Part shown: positions 26,095 to 37,782 of the stretch, in pieces
How the letters are laid out: every line of letters starts with the position of its first letter
Numbering within the stretch: the stretch's first letter is position 1
Source: Hydrolagus affinis
Taxonomy: Eukaryota
NCBI GenBank assembly: GCA_012026655.1
Contig: JAAILG010000001.1
Coordinates: 124,001-188,000, forward strand
Direction of reading: 5' to 3'
DNA: 64,000 nucleotides
Position numbers and translations under genes: made by a program
Notes under the pieces: generated by a model
Told to the model about the DNA's origin: nothing
What the model saw: the letters and a program-made list of their open reading frames with translations, nothing else
Database searches by the model: none

Positions 26095-26165
26095 AAATAC
26101 CAGCACAGGCTGGTTGGGCCAAATGGCCTGTTTCCATGCTGTACAGTCTATGTAAATCTATGTAT
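26095..26165 (+). mobile_element. CR1 3' tail
   Basis: cagcacaggctggttgggccaaatggcctgtttccatgctgtacagtctatgtaaatctatg. Confidence 0.75.
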
Positions 26166-27458
26166 AAAATTCTGGTTCACCAATTCTTTACTATGCTCCT
26201 GGGGAGTGGTGGTGTAGGGGTAGAAAACATCTCTTTGGAGCTGAATTGGTTCCAAGGTAACACGCTTGGCAACAGAATGCCAGAATCGAGTCGTCCCTCT
26301 GTCTGTATGCAACTTTCCCTTTAAGGAAATGGCACAGAATTTGTGCGGGGGAAACAAATTGCTAGTGTGTGTCCTCTGCATATTGTGGAATGCTGTTTTG
26401 TCAGCTGTGTCTCTTTGTTTGGTGGGTTTCAGCAATCTCCTGTTGGTTTGGGCTGAAAGGGATCAACTATTTGGCAGCAGGTAGTGCTGGAACTGTTGGT
26501 GTTTTTATTTATTCTTTCTTTTTCCCCTTATGGTGAAGTGGCTGGGTGCCCATTCATCCGACTCTGTTGGCAAGCTGGCGGAGCGGATGCATCTGAGTTT
26601 ACTGACAGTCTAGTGGGAAGACAGATCGGAGTTCCTCTATGATCCGGGAGTGAGACACATCCAAGTTTCCTGGCAATTATAACAAGGCAGTGCAAAATGG
26701 AAGCTCTCATTGATTGGTCTGTGGCCTGGGTTTTACAGAATTCAGATATGGACACTATGAAATTGGAGAGGGTGGAGATTAAGTTCAAAATTACCAAGTG
26801 CTCATCCCTGGTCGGGCTTGTTCTTCTGTTATCCATGCTGAACAGTAAGACAGTTTTACGCTTGACGCTGGCTAATTTTCACCTTGGTACTGTACATAGG
26901 CACTGTTTGCTGGATACAGCTCGTGGCAGACTCCGCTTCACTGGAAGATGACAAATCTATCTTGTGATAGCAGTCGCTGGGTTGCAAAGCAAAACAAATG
27001 TGCTCTATGAGGGTTTGCAAATCAGATCATCTAAATACTGTATCAACAAAAAATAAATTTACGTCAAAATAATTGCAACCTTCCAGAAGATACATGACAC
27101 GTCAGTTCTTCTGACTATTAGTGTCTTTAACACATCAGTTCGGGATTTATCACAGAAACACATTTATTTTCAGGACACGCGAAAAGCTTGAGGATTGCGA
27201 TACTAATTTATTTTTCTTGGAATTGGTTTCCTCCAAAAAAATATGTCGAAAAGTGAACAACACTTCTTCTGTCAAAATATTTTACCCAGAGGAGCTCTGG
27301 TAATAAACTGGGGAAAAAAAATGCATGTCATAATTGGTAGCTGTGAGCAGAAATGCTCCTTTAGCACTTGCAATTGAACTTCAATGTTTTGGCCTGAAGG
27401 AGGAAGTGGGTGTTGATGCTGCATTATTCATCTCATAAGGAAATAGAGCTATGCAATA

Positions 27459-27530
27459 CAGAAATGACTATATGCCCTTATTTCTGAAATCTAGCAGAAA
27501 TGATTACATGACCTTATTTCCGAAGTCTAG
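27459..27530 (+). repeat. Tandem duplication, 2 x 36 bp
   Basis: cagaaatgactatatgcccttatttctgaaatctag / cagaaatgattacatgaccttatttccgaagtctag, 31 of 36 identical. Confidence 0.9.
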
Positions 27531-27967
27531 TTGACTAAGTGATAGCCAAGAGGTGAATTGCATAGCAGATAAATGGGTATTTAAATTACAGTTACTGATG
27601 CTACACTCTTAAAAGAGATTATTCATTTCATTTTGCATGTAAATGCTGTGCTGCAACAAATAAACATGCAGAAAATAGGTAATAGCTTTTGTGTAGCTGC
27701 TTTGCGCTCCCTATCGCCTAATTTAATTAGCCAAACTCAAAACTTTTTCATCTTGAAGGCAGTTAAAATACTTCCAGCTAAATAGACAAGATGGATACTA
27801 AACAAGAGCCTGGTTACAAATGGGCTGACCAGTTATTCTGCACTTATATCACTTACTAAATTATCTAGGGAATCATATATTTCTTCTTGTGGACTGAGTG
27901 ACAACAATTTGCGCAAGCAAGATGAAAAACAAATATGAATCTTGAATATTAATGGCATTGTGTGTCA

Positions 27968-28330
27968 GCCAGCTCAGTTAGTCCTATTGTTGCCTTTGAG
28001 TCAGAAGGTTGTGGGTTCAAGTCTTCATGTCAGGTCTTTGAGCTCATAGTCTGAACTGACACTCCAGTGCTGTGCTGTGATGCTGTCCTTCAGATGGGGC
28101 AATAAATCCCTCGACACTAGTCAAAAAGAGGACGTTTTTCCCAGTGCCCTGGCCAACAGCCCTCCTGAGAAGAAATAAGCTTCCAAGACAATGCCATGAG
28201 CAAATCATCTTGTGCATTTTCCTACAAATACATAGTCACTGCAATTTACAGAGAAACTCAGGGAAGCTCTTTGAAACACTGATGTGATACGCTGCTGTAT
28301 CAAATTCAAGGATTATTAAATGATTATTAT
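27968..28330 (+). mobile_element. Deu-domain SINE (SacSINE1-like), near full length, diverged
   Basis: gctcagtt...gcctttgagtcagaaggttgtgggttcaagtc head, ctgacactccagtgc, gtccttcagatg, cccagtgccctggccaac, and tail tatcaaattcaaggattatt. Confidence 0.8.
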
Positions 28331-28832
28331 GGTGGAAGATACACAGCTTTGAACTGTACTATATTAACAAAGTATTTCTCAGTGATGATACATTCAAATC
28401 ACTTGTATTTTTCTTTCCTCTTGAATTTATCCCAGTACCACAGGTGGTGGAAAGCAAGCAGGACAGAAATTGAAGGACAAGATTAAGTCAACTGTAAGGA
28501 GAGATTTAGTCACATTGATATATCTTTTTTTTGCATATGCTAAAAATTAATTATGAACAATTAAAGAAATGTTTAAATCCTGGAAATGGAATTCACAACC
28601 TGATGAATTGTTGTTCTCAGAATTCTCAGGGTTCCATTAAATGTTTAAACATTTAATATTCACATTAATATTTCAAAGTATATTTAGGTTATTTTATGGG
28701 AAACAATTTAACCTGGGACCATACATTGTTTCCATTTTGTGTTTATAAAATATTTACAGCATGAATAAACAAATTGTGTATTACAGGCACTTAAGGTTGT
28801 TGATTTCGTTTCTGATATTTTTCTAGAGTTTA

Positions 28833-28848
28833 AGCTCCCTCTGGTGGC
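28833..28848 (-). promoter_or_regulatory. Candidate CTCF binding site
   Basis: The minus strand reads GCCACCAGAGGGAGCT, a close match to the vertebrate CTCF core CCACCAGRGGGCGC. It lies in non-repetitive AT-rich sequence. Confidence 0.55.
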
Positions 28849-30182
28849 TTCTGGGCTTAGTTTTCCTCTTGGGAACGGGCAATTGTTATTCAGAGAGTTC
28901 AAAGAAATATAACTTCATTGGAAATTTCCCAACAAACTCTATAACACAATAAAAGAATAAACAGGAACCTCATTAGAACCAAGTAAGTTCCATCGATGAA
29001 TAAGCCTTTCTTCTGAAAAAAATTGATAATAGTTTTTTTAAATAATAAAATCGTGCTATGAAAACATTAGAGTGTGGAATTATGATTCCTTGCCCTGTCT
29101 TTTGTTAGTTCATGAATATGTGGAACATACGGTGGCACTCAAAATTCGGCAAGCCATTCCACATGAGAATATAAAGTCTACTTACACAGGGTTCCCAGTA
29201 TTTTTCATGTTCTTATGGAAAATATCCTTTTGAAATCCCAGTGCAGCAAATTTTAATCTCATTTGTGCATGTGAATGATGCAAAGACAGGGCTGAACAGC
29301 GAGGGGAACACTTTTTCAGCATAATTTCATTTGTCAGGAGAATCTTGCAGCTGACATCGGAAGAGTGATCTAATTGATTTTAATCATACACCTGAGATTG
29401 GAACCCAGGCTTTATCATGAAATTTTTTTTTTTTGCCCGGTCTATAAGGCTATCACATTCATCTAAACATTTCTCTGTGTTTTAACTGGATTTCAGACCT
29501 CAAAATTTGAACTTTGCATATAACCAAAAAACATAAGAGAACCGAGATAGGATACCCAGCTAATTGGTAACGTGCCCACAAAATGGCATTTAAATTTATT
29601 TTTCTTTGTGACCTGGCAAAGAAACATTATACTGTACCATGGTGTCCTTCAACATAGTGAGTAAACCGATTTAGTCTTAACAACAAGATATATTTATCCA
29701 CTTTAATGTAGAAGTTTTAAAGTTCATGGTGCTGCTTTTCATCTTGGAGACTACATGCTCTGTTTTAAGACTGGGGAACATTGATGAAGGTTAGCACTTT
29801 CTAATTGCTAATGTGAATTAAAAGCACAAACTTGTGTTCTCTGTCTGGTTGCAATAGTGAACCTACAATGCCAAATTCTTCTAGTCCAGGAATCTGAGAT
29901 CTCAAGGCTTTGAGTCATTTAGGAAGAGAATTGTTGTTTCAGTATGAAACTAAGGGCTTTGCTCTGGATGGACCTTCATGGTCTATAAAGTGGCACAGTA
30001 AATAGAGATCTCTTGCTGGAATCATTGGCTTCAATGACACCAAAATACAGCAAGTAGTTACAACAGACAGATTCATAACTGACCATCAAAGCAGGAAAGG
30101 TGAACTAACATTTCAAATAAATTGTAATCCATCGATGACAGCGAGAATAACCAATGATTACAGAGTGTTTTACCAAACTAAA

Positions 30183-30780
30183 CTGGCTCAGTTGGCGATA
30201 TTCTCGCCGCTGGATCAGAAAGTTAAGTGTTGAAGCTGCAGGTCATGAGCTGACAGTCTAGGCCAGTAGTGCTAACTGACCATAGTTGACCAACAAAATA
30301 TGTTTTAATAATTGATTTAAGGCATTAAGTGAGAATATTGAATCATAGCAAAAATCTGAAAACGTACTACCAATTGAATGCAGACTTGCCTAGACTCGTG
30401 TGAATGTTCGGCTGTCGCTTCTGACCCACAGGCCACTCACTGATTGACCACCCTTGGTTCAAGTTGCTACTGTGGAGCGCTGTAGTGTCATAAGTTCTAT
30501 ACTTCGGATGAGACATCAAACTGAGGTCCTGTCTGCTTGTCCCAGCAGATGCTAAACATCCTTTGGCACTATTTGAAAAGAGAAAGGAATTTCTCCCAAT
30601 GTCCTGGCCAATGTTCCAGATAAATTTAGCCATTGACTTCATGTTGCTTTGCGCAAATTGACTGCCGTGTTTGCCAACTAATACAGGAGTTGCAATTAGG
30701 AACTGAACTTTATGGGAACTTTCTAGAGGGGTTTGAGATGTTCTCAATTTTATAGGCATTGTATCAAATGCAATGATTAG
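30183..30780 (+). mobile_element. Interrupted Deu-domain SINE (head ~30183-30265, body ~30460-30780)
   Basis: tggctcagttggcgatattctcgccgctggatcagaaagt head; body cttcggatgagacatcaaactgaggtcctgtctgc...gtcctggccaa...gcgcaaattgactgccgtgttt. Confidence 0.7.
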
Positions 30781-31568
30781 TCTTAAAATACAATCTTTAG
30801 TATCAAAATGGCATGAAGAAACATTAATGTAAGGTCTGAGCAGTTTACACACTCGGATGTGCTTATTAAAGAAATGTTCAAAACAGAATGCAGCTTAATT
30901 CTGAGTAATGCCACTTCTTAAGCGAAAGATTCCACAAAACATTGATACAAAGCGAAACCTGCAACATCGGGCGACATGCAGACATTCACAGTCAAGTGTT
31001 TTGACAAATGAGGAACCCCACAGATAAATAATGAGGCACCTCAACTGACCTAATCCACCACACAAAGCCTGAGCAAGCTAAAAGTCACAATCACAGTAAC
31101 ATGGACCACGCCTTGCCAGAATGAAAACAAAAGCAGAGAGAAAAAGCCACATCGCAAGTATAGCTGTGCAGTCTCATGGAATTGAAGGGCTCCATCCACA
31201 TTGTGTAACAGTTGAACAGGTGCTTTGCGCTTATGCGTCACTATTTAAGTGCCAAGAGTCAAAGAAAATATATTGCAACACATTAGTGAAAAGTGTAGGA
31301 CGCGCGGCTTAAAACAGAGCCTTTGCCCATGACTAATTTGATACTTAGTTTGGAATTAAAGGTTGCAAAAAGTGAGGTTTTATTCTTGTGTGTTTTTTTA
31401 CAATAAATGAACAAATGGACTCCATACACATTTAATTTATGAACTGAACAATTGAGCGATTTGAAAAATGCAACTCTTCAGACAGTCAAATTTGAGTTGG
31501 GCATCATTATTTGAGTAATAATGCATTGATCTTTATAATGCTAATTTGATATGAGACATAAGAGAAGG

Positions 31569-31626
31569 CTTTGCTAGCCTTTTTGCCATATCTTTGGAGA
31601 ATCAGGAGAAAATTGTCCCTGTTTAA
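31569..31626 (+). repeat. Spaced direct duplication, copy 1 (copy 2 at 32678-32744)
   Basis: ctttgctagcctttttgc....ctttggagaa(t/c)caggagaaaa(t/c)tgtccctgtttaa occurs twice, about 1.11 kb apart. Confidence 0.9.
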
Positions 31627-33711
31627 CGTTTGTAATGTAAAATCACTAAATTGTCATCACTGCTTTTAAATGGCAGCAGAACATACATCATCCAACTTGA
31701 CCTCATGATTGTCTCAAATCTCTTTTTCTTGAGTGTAAGAAGCCTCCATAGTATAAAATGGCAATGAATATCCAGCTGCCCTGGTTGCTTTTTTCAACGT
31801 GATGATGCATCTGATATAACAGGCAGTACACCATCCTATTGCACAGTTTCAAACACTTGAATTTTCTCTGTGGAGCATAAAGCATTGATGTCCATTTTCT
31901 GCTGACAATTTATTATGTCACACACATATAATATATGTATCACTGTGATGTATTCATAATCAGAAGTGCTGAATGCACTGTGGGATGAGCAATGAATAGT
32001 GTAATTGCAATGGAGTCCTGTGGAATCTAGGGGCAGACGGAATACGCACTAGCCTCCCAGACTTCTTCAGGTTTGTTTGGAAGCAAAACTTTTGAAAAGA
32101 ACTTTCTTGCATCGCATTGTTTATTTAATACTATGAAGCTACACATTGCCCAATCTTTTAATATGGCATGAGCTATGAATAAAGTAGATAATAAGTTAAC
32201 ACCGTGCATCATTAGAATGCTCATGAATAGAGTTAAAATAAAACCAGAGGAATGAAAGTCAGAAGTATACTGCATATAAAAAGTTACGGCTATCAAACTG
32301 AGTAGTCTGGTTTTAATAATGTATTTAGCTGCTGTCTGGTGTTTCCTGCCTGTGAGAACAGACTCCCTTGTACCAGTGACTCTTGTGAGTTTTGCAGCAT
32401 TAATCATTCTGGTTACAAAAGAAATACACAATCTTTTTTGTTGTCAGACTGATATGTAGGCACCTACATATAGCCCTGGGTAGATATGATTTAAGAGTTC
32501 AAGCAATACTTTCTTTTGCTGCAACATTCTTTTGTAGGAACTAGAACTTTAGAATCACAAGTACACTAAGCAGATGTGTTGACTAATGGACTTCAACAAA
32601 AAAAATACAGACTATTTTTAAAACTGTCTGTCCATGTAGAAGCTAGGCACAAGTTCAAATTAATAGCCAGTTCAGTACTTTGCTAGCCTTTTTGCAATAA
32701 GGAGGTTACCTTTGGAGAACCAGGAGAAAACTGTCCCTGTTTAAAGGGCAGTCACCCAAAACACCACCCGGTTACAGGCAAATTATTTTCTTAAAATTAC
32801 AGTTTCAGAGCGTAGAATTTCTACAAGATAAAATTCTCTCAAAAATCAAAGCAATTGTTTATATTTTTAACTGAGCTGTGGTTTCCCCTCGATCACAACT
32901 TTCTCTCTCTTTGTATTAACACAATTTTGATGATTGTTCCTGTCAAGCTTCCATATTTCACTTACTTTACTTCCTCTCTGTATGCATTCTTAATGCCTCA
33001 CAATCCTCGCACATTTATTCTTCCAGCTCATTCTTTTGCAGGATCTCAAGATTGGATCTCGCTACCTCCTTCAATCTTCTCTTACCATCTACAGCCTTTC
33101 AAAATCCAAGCTTGGCATCATCTAACCATATTTCCTGACATATTTCATTTTCTCGGGTACTCTTTTCGAACATGGTGATGTACTGCACCAATGCCTTCAC
33201 CCTCTATATTTTTAATCATAAAACAAAAGTGTGAGACAATAGTCTGTTTTATGAAATACACAGTTCCTACATTTTACAGTAAATCCTGTAAACAATACTT
33301 TAAATTGTTAGTTACGAACTGGATTTGGTTTACATTTTTGACTTCCTTTATATTACAAATCCAGCAATACATTATTTTTTTTTTTTAAATGCGAGTGATG
33401 CTTGGAATAGAAAATACTACTGCCAATGAAACAAAGCTACTTCAACTTGGACTACTTTTTAGTGAAAAAAGAAATGGATAATAGAGTAGACTTTGTAATT
33501 AACTGCTTATCAAAAATCCACGGTTAAAATGTATATAACCTCTGGCTTCATAAAGTTTGTTCAGTTTGGCATCAATACCCAATATTCAAGTTATTTGTGA
33601 CAATAACTAAAATGGAAATGTCCAATGTTCATCATAATGAAAAACTTTGTTATAGCTTACCAGAGTAATTTATGGCACTTCTTAACATTATTCTTTGATG
33701 CGAAATTCTGG

Positions 33712-33871
33712 TAATAATAATCCTTGGCATTTGATAGAGCGCTTTTCACATCTTATCGACATCTCAAAGCGCTTGGTAGAATTTTCCCTACAAAATATAC
33801 AGTCAATTCACTTTACAGTAAAGTGCTTTGAGACATTTTGAAGATGTAACAAAGCATTATTATTATTATTA
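33712..33871. mobile_element. Two SINE 3' ends joined back to back, tails outward
   Basis: A minus-strand tail (taataataatccttg..cgcttttcacatc..ctcaaagcgctt) is followed immediately by a plus-strand tail (caaaatatacagtcaattcac..gtgctttgagacat..attattatt). Confidence 0.85.
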
Positions 33872-34092
33872 CGGAATCTACGTCAACCCACCAGAACAGA
33901 AAGAGGGGTTCCCCCATGGTGATGTGGTCTACATCTAACTATGAGCTCTTTTGGGATTTCTTATGATGAAGAAATACTACAAATGAAACCCTATGTTTTT
34001 TTTAATTACTTTTCTTTGATTGCCTGATGCTCAGCCATACCATTTTGGATAACTGCTATTTGCGATTTCTAATAATTAATATTAGATATCAG

Positions 34093-34486
34093 AGAATAAT
34101 CCTTGCAATTACAATAGCACCTTTTCACGTCAGAAGGACATCTCAAAACACTTCACAGAATTTACTGTTAAATGGAATGAAATTGAGTAATTGTAAGTAA
34201 ATAGCCATGAAACAAACGACCAATTTTATTTGGGGATAGTTGGCCAGGACATCTGGAGAAACTGCCTTCTCTTTTTGAATAGTGCCAAGGGATCTGCAAT
34301 GCCCCCCTGAACAGGACCTCAGGTTAATGTCTCATCTGAAGGACGATGTAAGACAATGTAATATACCCTCTGCACTGGATTGGACTGTTAGGTTAGAGTG
34401 TGTGAGTTCTAATGCCGACATGAGACTCGGACCCATAACCTTCTGACTCAGAAGTGAGAATCCTAATACATACAGTACTGAGCCAA
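34093..34486 (-). mobile_element. Deu-domain SINE, near full length
   Basis: ataatccttgca tail, gttggccaggac, gtctcatctgaaggac, and cccataaccttctgactcagaagtgaga...actgagcca head (reverse complement). Confidence 0.85.
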
Positions 34487-35020
34487 ATATGACGCAATCT
34501 GTACACATGTAAATGACCTGGCAAGGCAGATTCTGTGCCACATGTACTATTTTATATGTTATTTAAAAGGCACAAATGGGTAATTGAGTGTGCTGTTAAT
34601 AAGACCACATTTTTGATGGTGTTAATGAGGCACAAAACATATAAATTGCACCTGTTTCAGAACTCCAGAATCGGATAAAATAAAGTTTCTTATTTTCAAA
34701 AGAGATACTTATACCAAAGCAGGGGAAAGTTTCCATCTGGTCTCGGGATACTGTGTACTTGTTAAGTCTGTCAGATTTAAAATGGTGTCAAAGATGAAGT
34801 AAATGATCTACATTCTTTTCGAGGATTTAAGGAAGGAATCATTCGGTACCTTAAACTAAGTTACAGCACTATAATTAATTGTACACAGGCAGGATGAAAA
34901 AAAAAAAGCAATAAGGTTGAATGCAATGGAAGATTATTCTTTACTGCAGTGATATACAAACTTTGACATGCCAACATTAAACACAGATGAAAAGAAACAC
35001 CGTGAATCCTCAAAATCCCT

Positions 35021-35130
35021 CAGTTCCGATGATGGATTACACCCGAAAAGTTCATCTATCTTTCTCTTCAGATGTTGATCACCCTGAATTTCCAGCATTT
35101 TCTGGTTTTATGTGACATTAAATACATTTT
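35021..35130 (+). mobile_element. Degenerate Penelope-type terminal fragment
   Basis: cagttccgatgatgg..acccgaaaagtt..tctcttcagatgttg..ctgaatttccagcattttctggttttat. It is the reverse-complement homologue of 53204-53328. Confidence 0.55.
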
Positions 35131-35159
35131 GCTCCCTACTGCAGAAAACAAATACGTTA

Positions 35160-35900
35160 ACAATAATACTTGCATTATAACAACAAGACATCTCAAAGTG
35201 CTTCATAAGGTTTTCATAAAGTGTAGTGACTGTGTATTAGCGAACACAGCAGCCAATTTGTGCACGCCAATGTCCCACAAACAGCCATGAAGTGAATGAT
35301 CAAATTTATCTGAGGAATAGTTGGCAAGGAGAACAGGAGAAACTCCATTGTCTTTTGGAGTAGTATCATGGAATGTTTACTGTCCACCTGCACAGGCAAA
35401 TTATACCTCGATAGTGTCCGGCGATATATTGATATATCGGTTATATCAGTATAATTTTTCATATTGATATGCCAATATTGGAAATTCAAATATATCGAAA
35501 AATTCTGCATGAAAATAAATCAATATATCGCAAATATCGGTACATCGTGTCCGGCGATATATCGGTATCTATCAGTATAAAGCAAACTTTTTCAACTTAC
35601 CTTGCCTCTGGCGTTGCAAACCTCCTGGGCCTAGAGCACAGAATGCACCGGAATGTGCGCGCACCCCCTAATGCGCGCGTACCCCCTAATGCGCGCGCAT
35701 GCGCAGTACAAAAACCCCCGGAGATATCGATATATCGGTATATATCGATATGAGCCAACCGATATATCGATATCGGAAAATTTCCATATAGACGGACCCT
35801 ATACCTCGATTTAACATATTATCTGAAGGCGGACAGCTCCAATGCTGTATTGGAGTGTCAGCCCAGACAGGAGTTCAAAGACCCGACATGGGGCTTGAAC
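35160..35900 (-). mobile_element. Deu-domain SINE split by a MITE
   Basis: Colinear with 34093-34486 on both sides of 35404-35809: cagccaatttgtgcac..tgtcccacaaacagc on the left; atctgaagg..ggagtgtcagcccagac..gggcttgaac on the right. Confidence 0.85.
35412..35801. mobile_element. Non-autonomous hAT-type DNA transposon (MITE), 390 bp
   Basis: Perfect 8-bp TSD tacctcga (35404-35411 and 35802-35809). 16-bp terminal inverted repeats: tagtgtccggcgatat versus reverse complement tagggtccgtctatat, 13 of 16. Many subterminal CGATAT/ATATCG motifs; CpG-rich. Confidence 0.92.
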
Positions 35901-36573
35901 TATAATTTTAATCATCGTACTCATAACCATAATCTCTCCTGTAATGTAGTGTTGCAATTGAACTTTTTTGTCCCTATGCAAAAGTGCTAATTCATAGAGC
36001 ACACAATGCTCTATGAAATAGTCACAAGTCAATCAATTATAATAAGGCATGCAAAATGTAACAAAAGGCATGTAAACAACTATTGAACAACTGGCATCAG
36101 AATTCAGCACATGCATGACTTTCGCAGGAACGAAAGACAATTTTGCAGATGCTAAGATGCACTTCCTCGCACACTGTAAAACATAGCTTTAAACTTTTTT
36201 CCAGACCACAATTTCAGTGAACAGGATCCAGACACATTTAGAATTTCCCGCCAAAGTCAACAGAATGTTTGGTGTCAGTAGAAAGGCCAGTACTGCAGAT
36301 ATCAAATGGAATTAGCAGAGGAGACAACAAAGAGATGACGAGGAATTTTTCTGGGTACTGGTGTAGTTTCTGAGGGTCTAGAAATACTCAGCCACAGCAG
36401 TGATATTGCGCATCAAATAAGATATGCTATTGTCAGAGGAGGCGTCGAGTTTACAGTGCTAGTAAACCTGCTCTAAACATTGAGTATGGAGGATGGGGTA
36501 AATTCAATAAATCAAGCATTTGCTTGAATTTGCATTCACTTAAAGTGCCTGCACAAATAAGACCAGATGATCA

Positions 36574-36660
36574 CAACAACAACAACAAAATTACACTTGT
36601 ATAGTGCCTTTCACGTCAGTAGGACGTCTCAAGGTGCGGGACAATTCATTGCTTCGGACC
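36574..36660 (-). mobile_element. L2 3' tail
   Basis: caacaacaacaacaaaattacacttgtatagtgcctttcacgtcagtaggacgtctcaaggtgcgggacaat, nearly identical to 4398-4470. Confidence 0.88.
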
Positions 36661-37669
36661 TCTGTCATCCATAGTTCTGCTGGCATATTTCCTCTTGAAC
36701 ATTTAAACAATTTAGTTAACTTTCCCTATACTTTCGTTACACACTCCCTACATTGATTCTGCCTCTGCAGCTTTCTGGGGCACAGCATTCCACATGAACT
36801 CTCTGGTTTATTTGATCTCATCCTTCCAGATTATCATTCTCCCATTACAGAATAAAACTTTTACTTTATGTACAAAATGTGCAAAAAAACATTTAGTTGG
36901 TCCCAACGCTTGACAAATACCAGATAGTTTTATTTGCTTGTACCTCTCATCATTTCCTCAACCAAAAATCTATCCAACTCTTTATTAAATTTCCTGTTAT
37001 ACCAATACATTAGAAGACAGGTCATTGATTATCTGTTACAGAAACACTAAAGGTGAAAGACAATAACCACATTGCCACTATTTTGCAGTCAACATATATT
37101 TATTTCTGTATGATTATACTGTAATATCATTTTACGTGCTAAAGTTAATTCTGTGGGCTTTGTTGATTTGCAACTCGATGAAGAAACACTGGATCTGCAA
37201 GAAACAAAAGACTTCTATCATGACTCCTCTGAAGGTGGAAGAATAATACTTATACCAGCTCACATTTCAGATGATGTGGAGAAGTGCCCATCACTGGGTT
37301 TCAATGGCCCTGGTCTGTCTCCTCTAGTCTCACGACTGGATTTGATGATATTACTTCCAACAAAGAAGTCCTCAACTCTGGACATGGAAAGACCCCCATG
37401 AGAGTATTTTTTACAGCTTGAAGTTTCTGAAAAGGTTTATGGCAGTCTCAATCCATTAGGGCCCATGGTAGAGCAACTAATAGTAGCATTAGTGCTATTG
37501 CTGGGCCATGTACTATATTCAGCCTATGGGGATTGCTAATGCATTGCCACCTTCCTCCCTCTAGCCTGTTCCAACTTTAATTTTGAAAGGCTTTAAACTT
37601 TTGTCCTTAATACAAATTCTTAGCAGACCGATATTGGAATTTTCTCCTTGTCCTATCATCAAACTGTAT

Positions 37670-37782
37670 AAAGTATACAGCCATTGCACTTTACAGATAA
37701 ATCTGTGAAGTGTTTTGAGACATCCCCCCCAATGTGAAATGCAACACTATGTATCAAATGTAAGCATTATTATTAGTATTAT
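37670..37782 (+). mobile_element. SINE 3' fragment
   Basis: tatacagccattgcactttacag..ctgtgaagtgttttgagacat..tatcaaatgtaagcattattatt. Confidence 0.8.
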
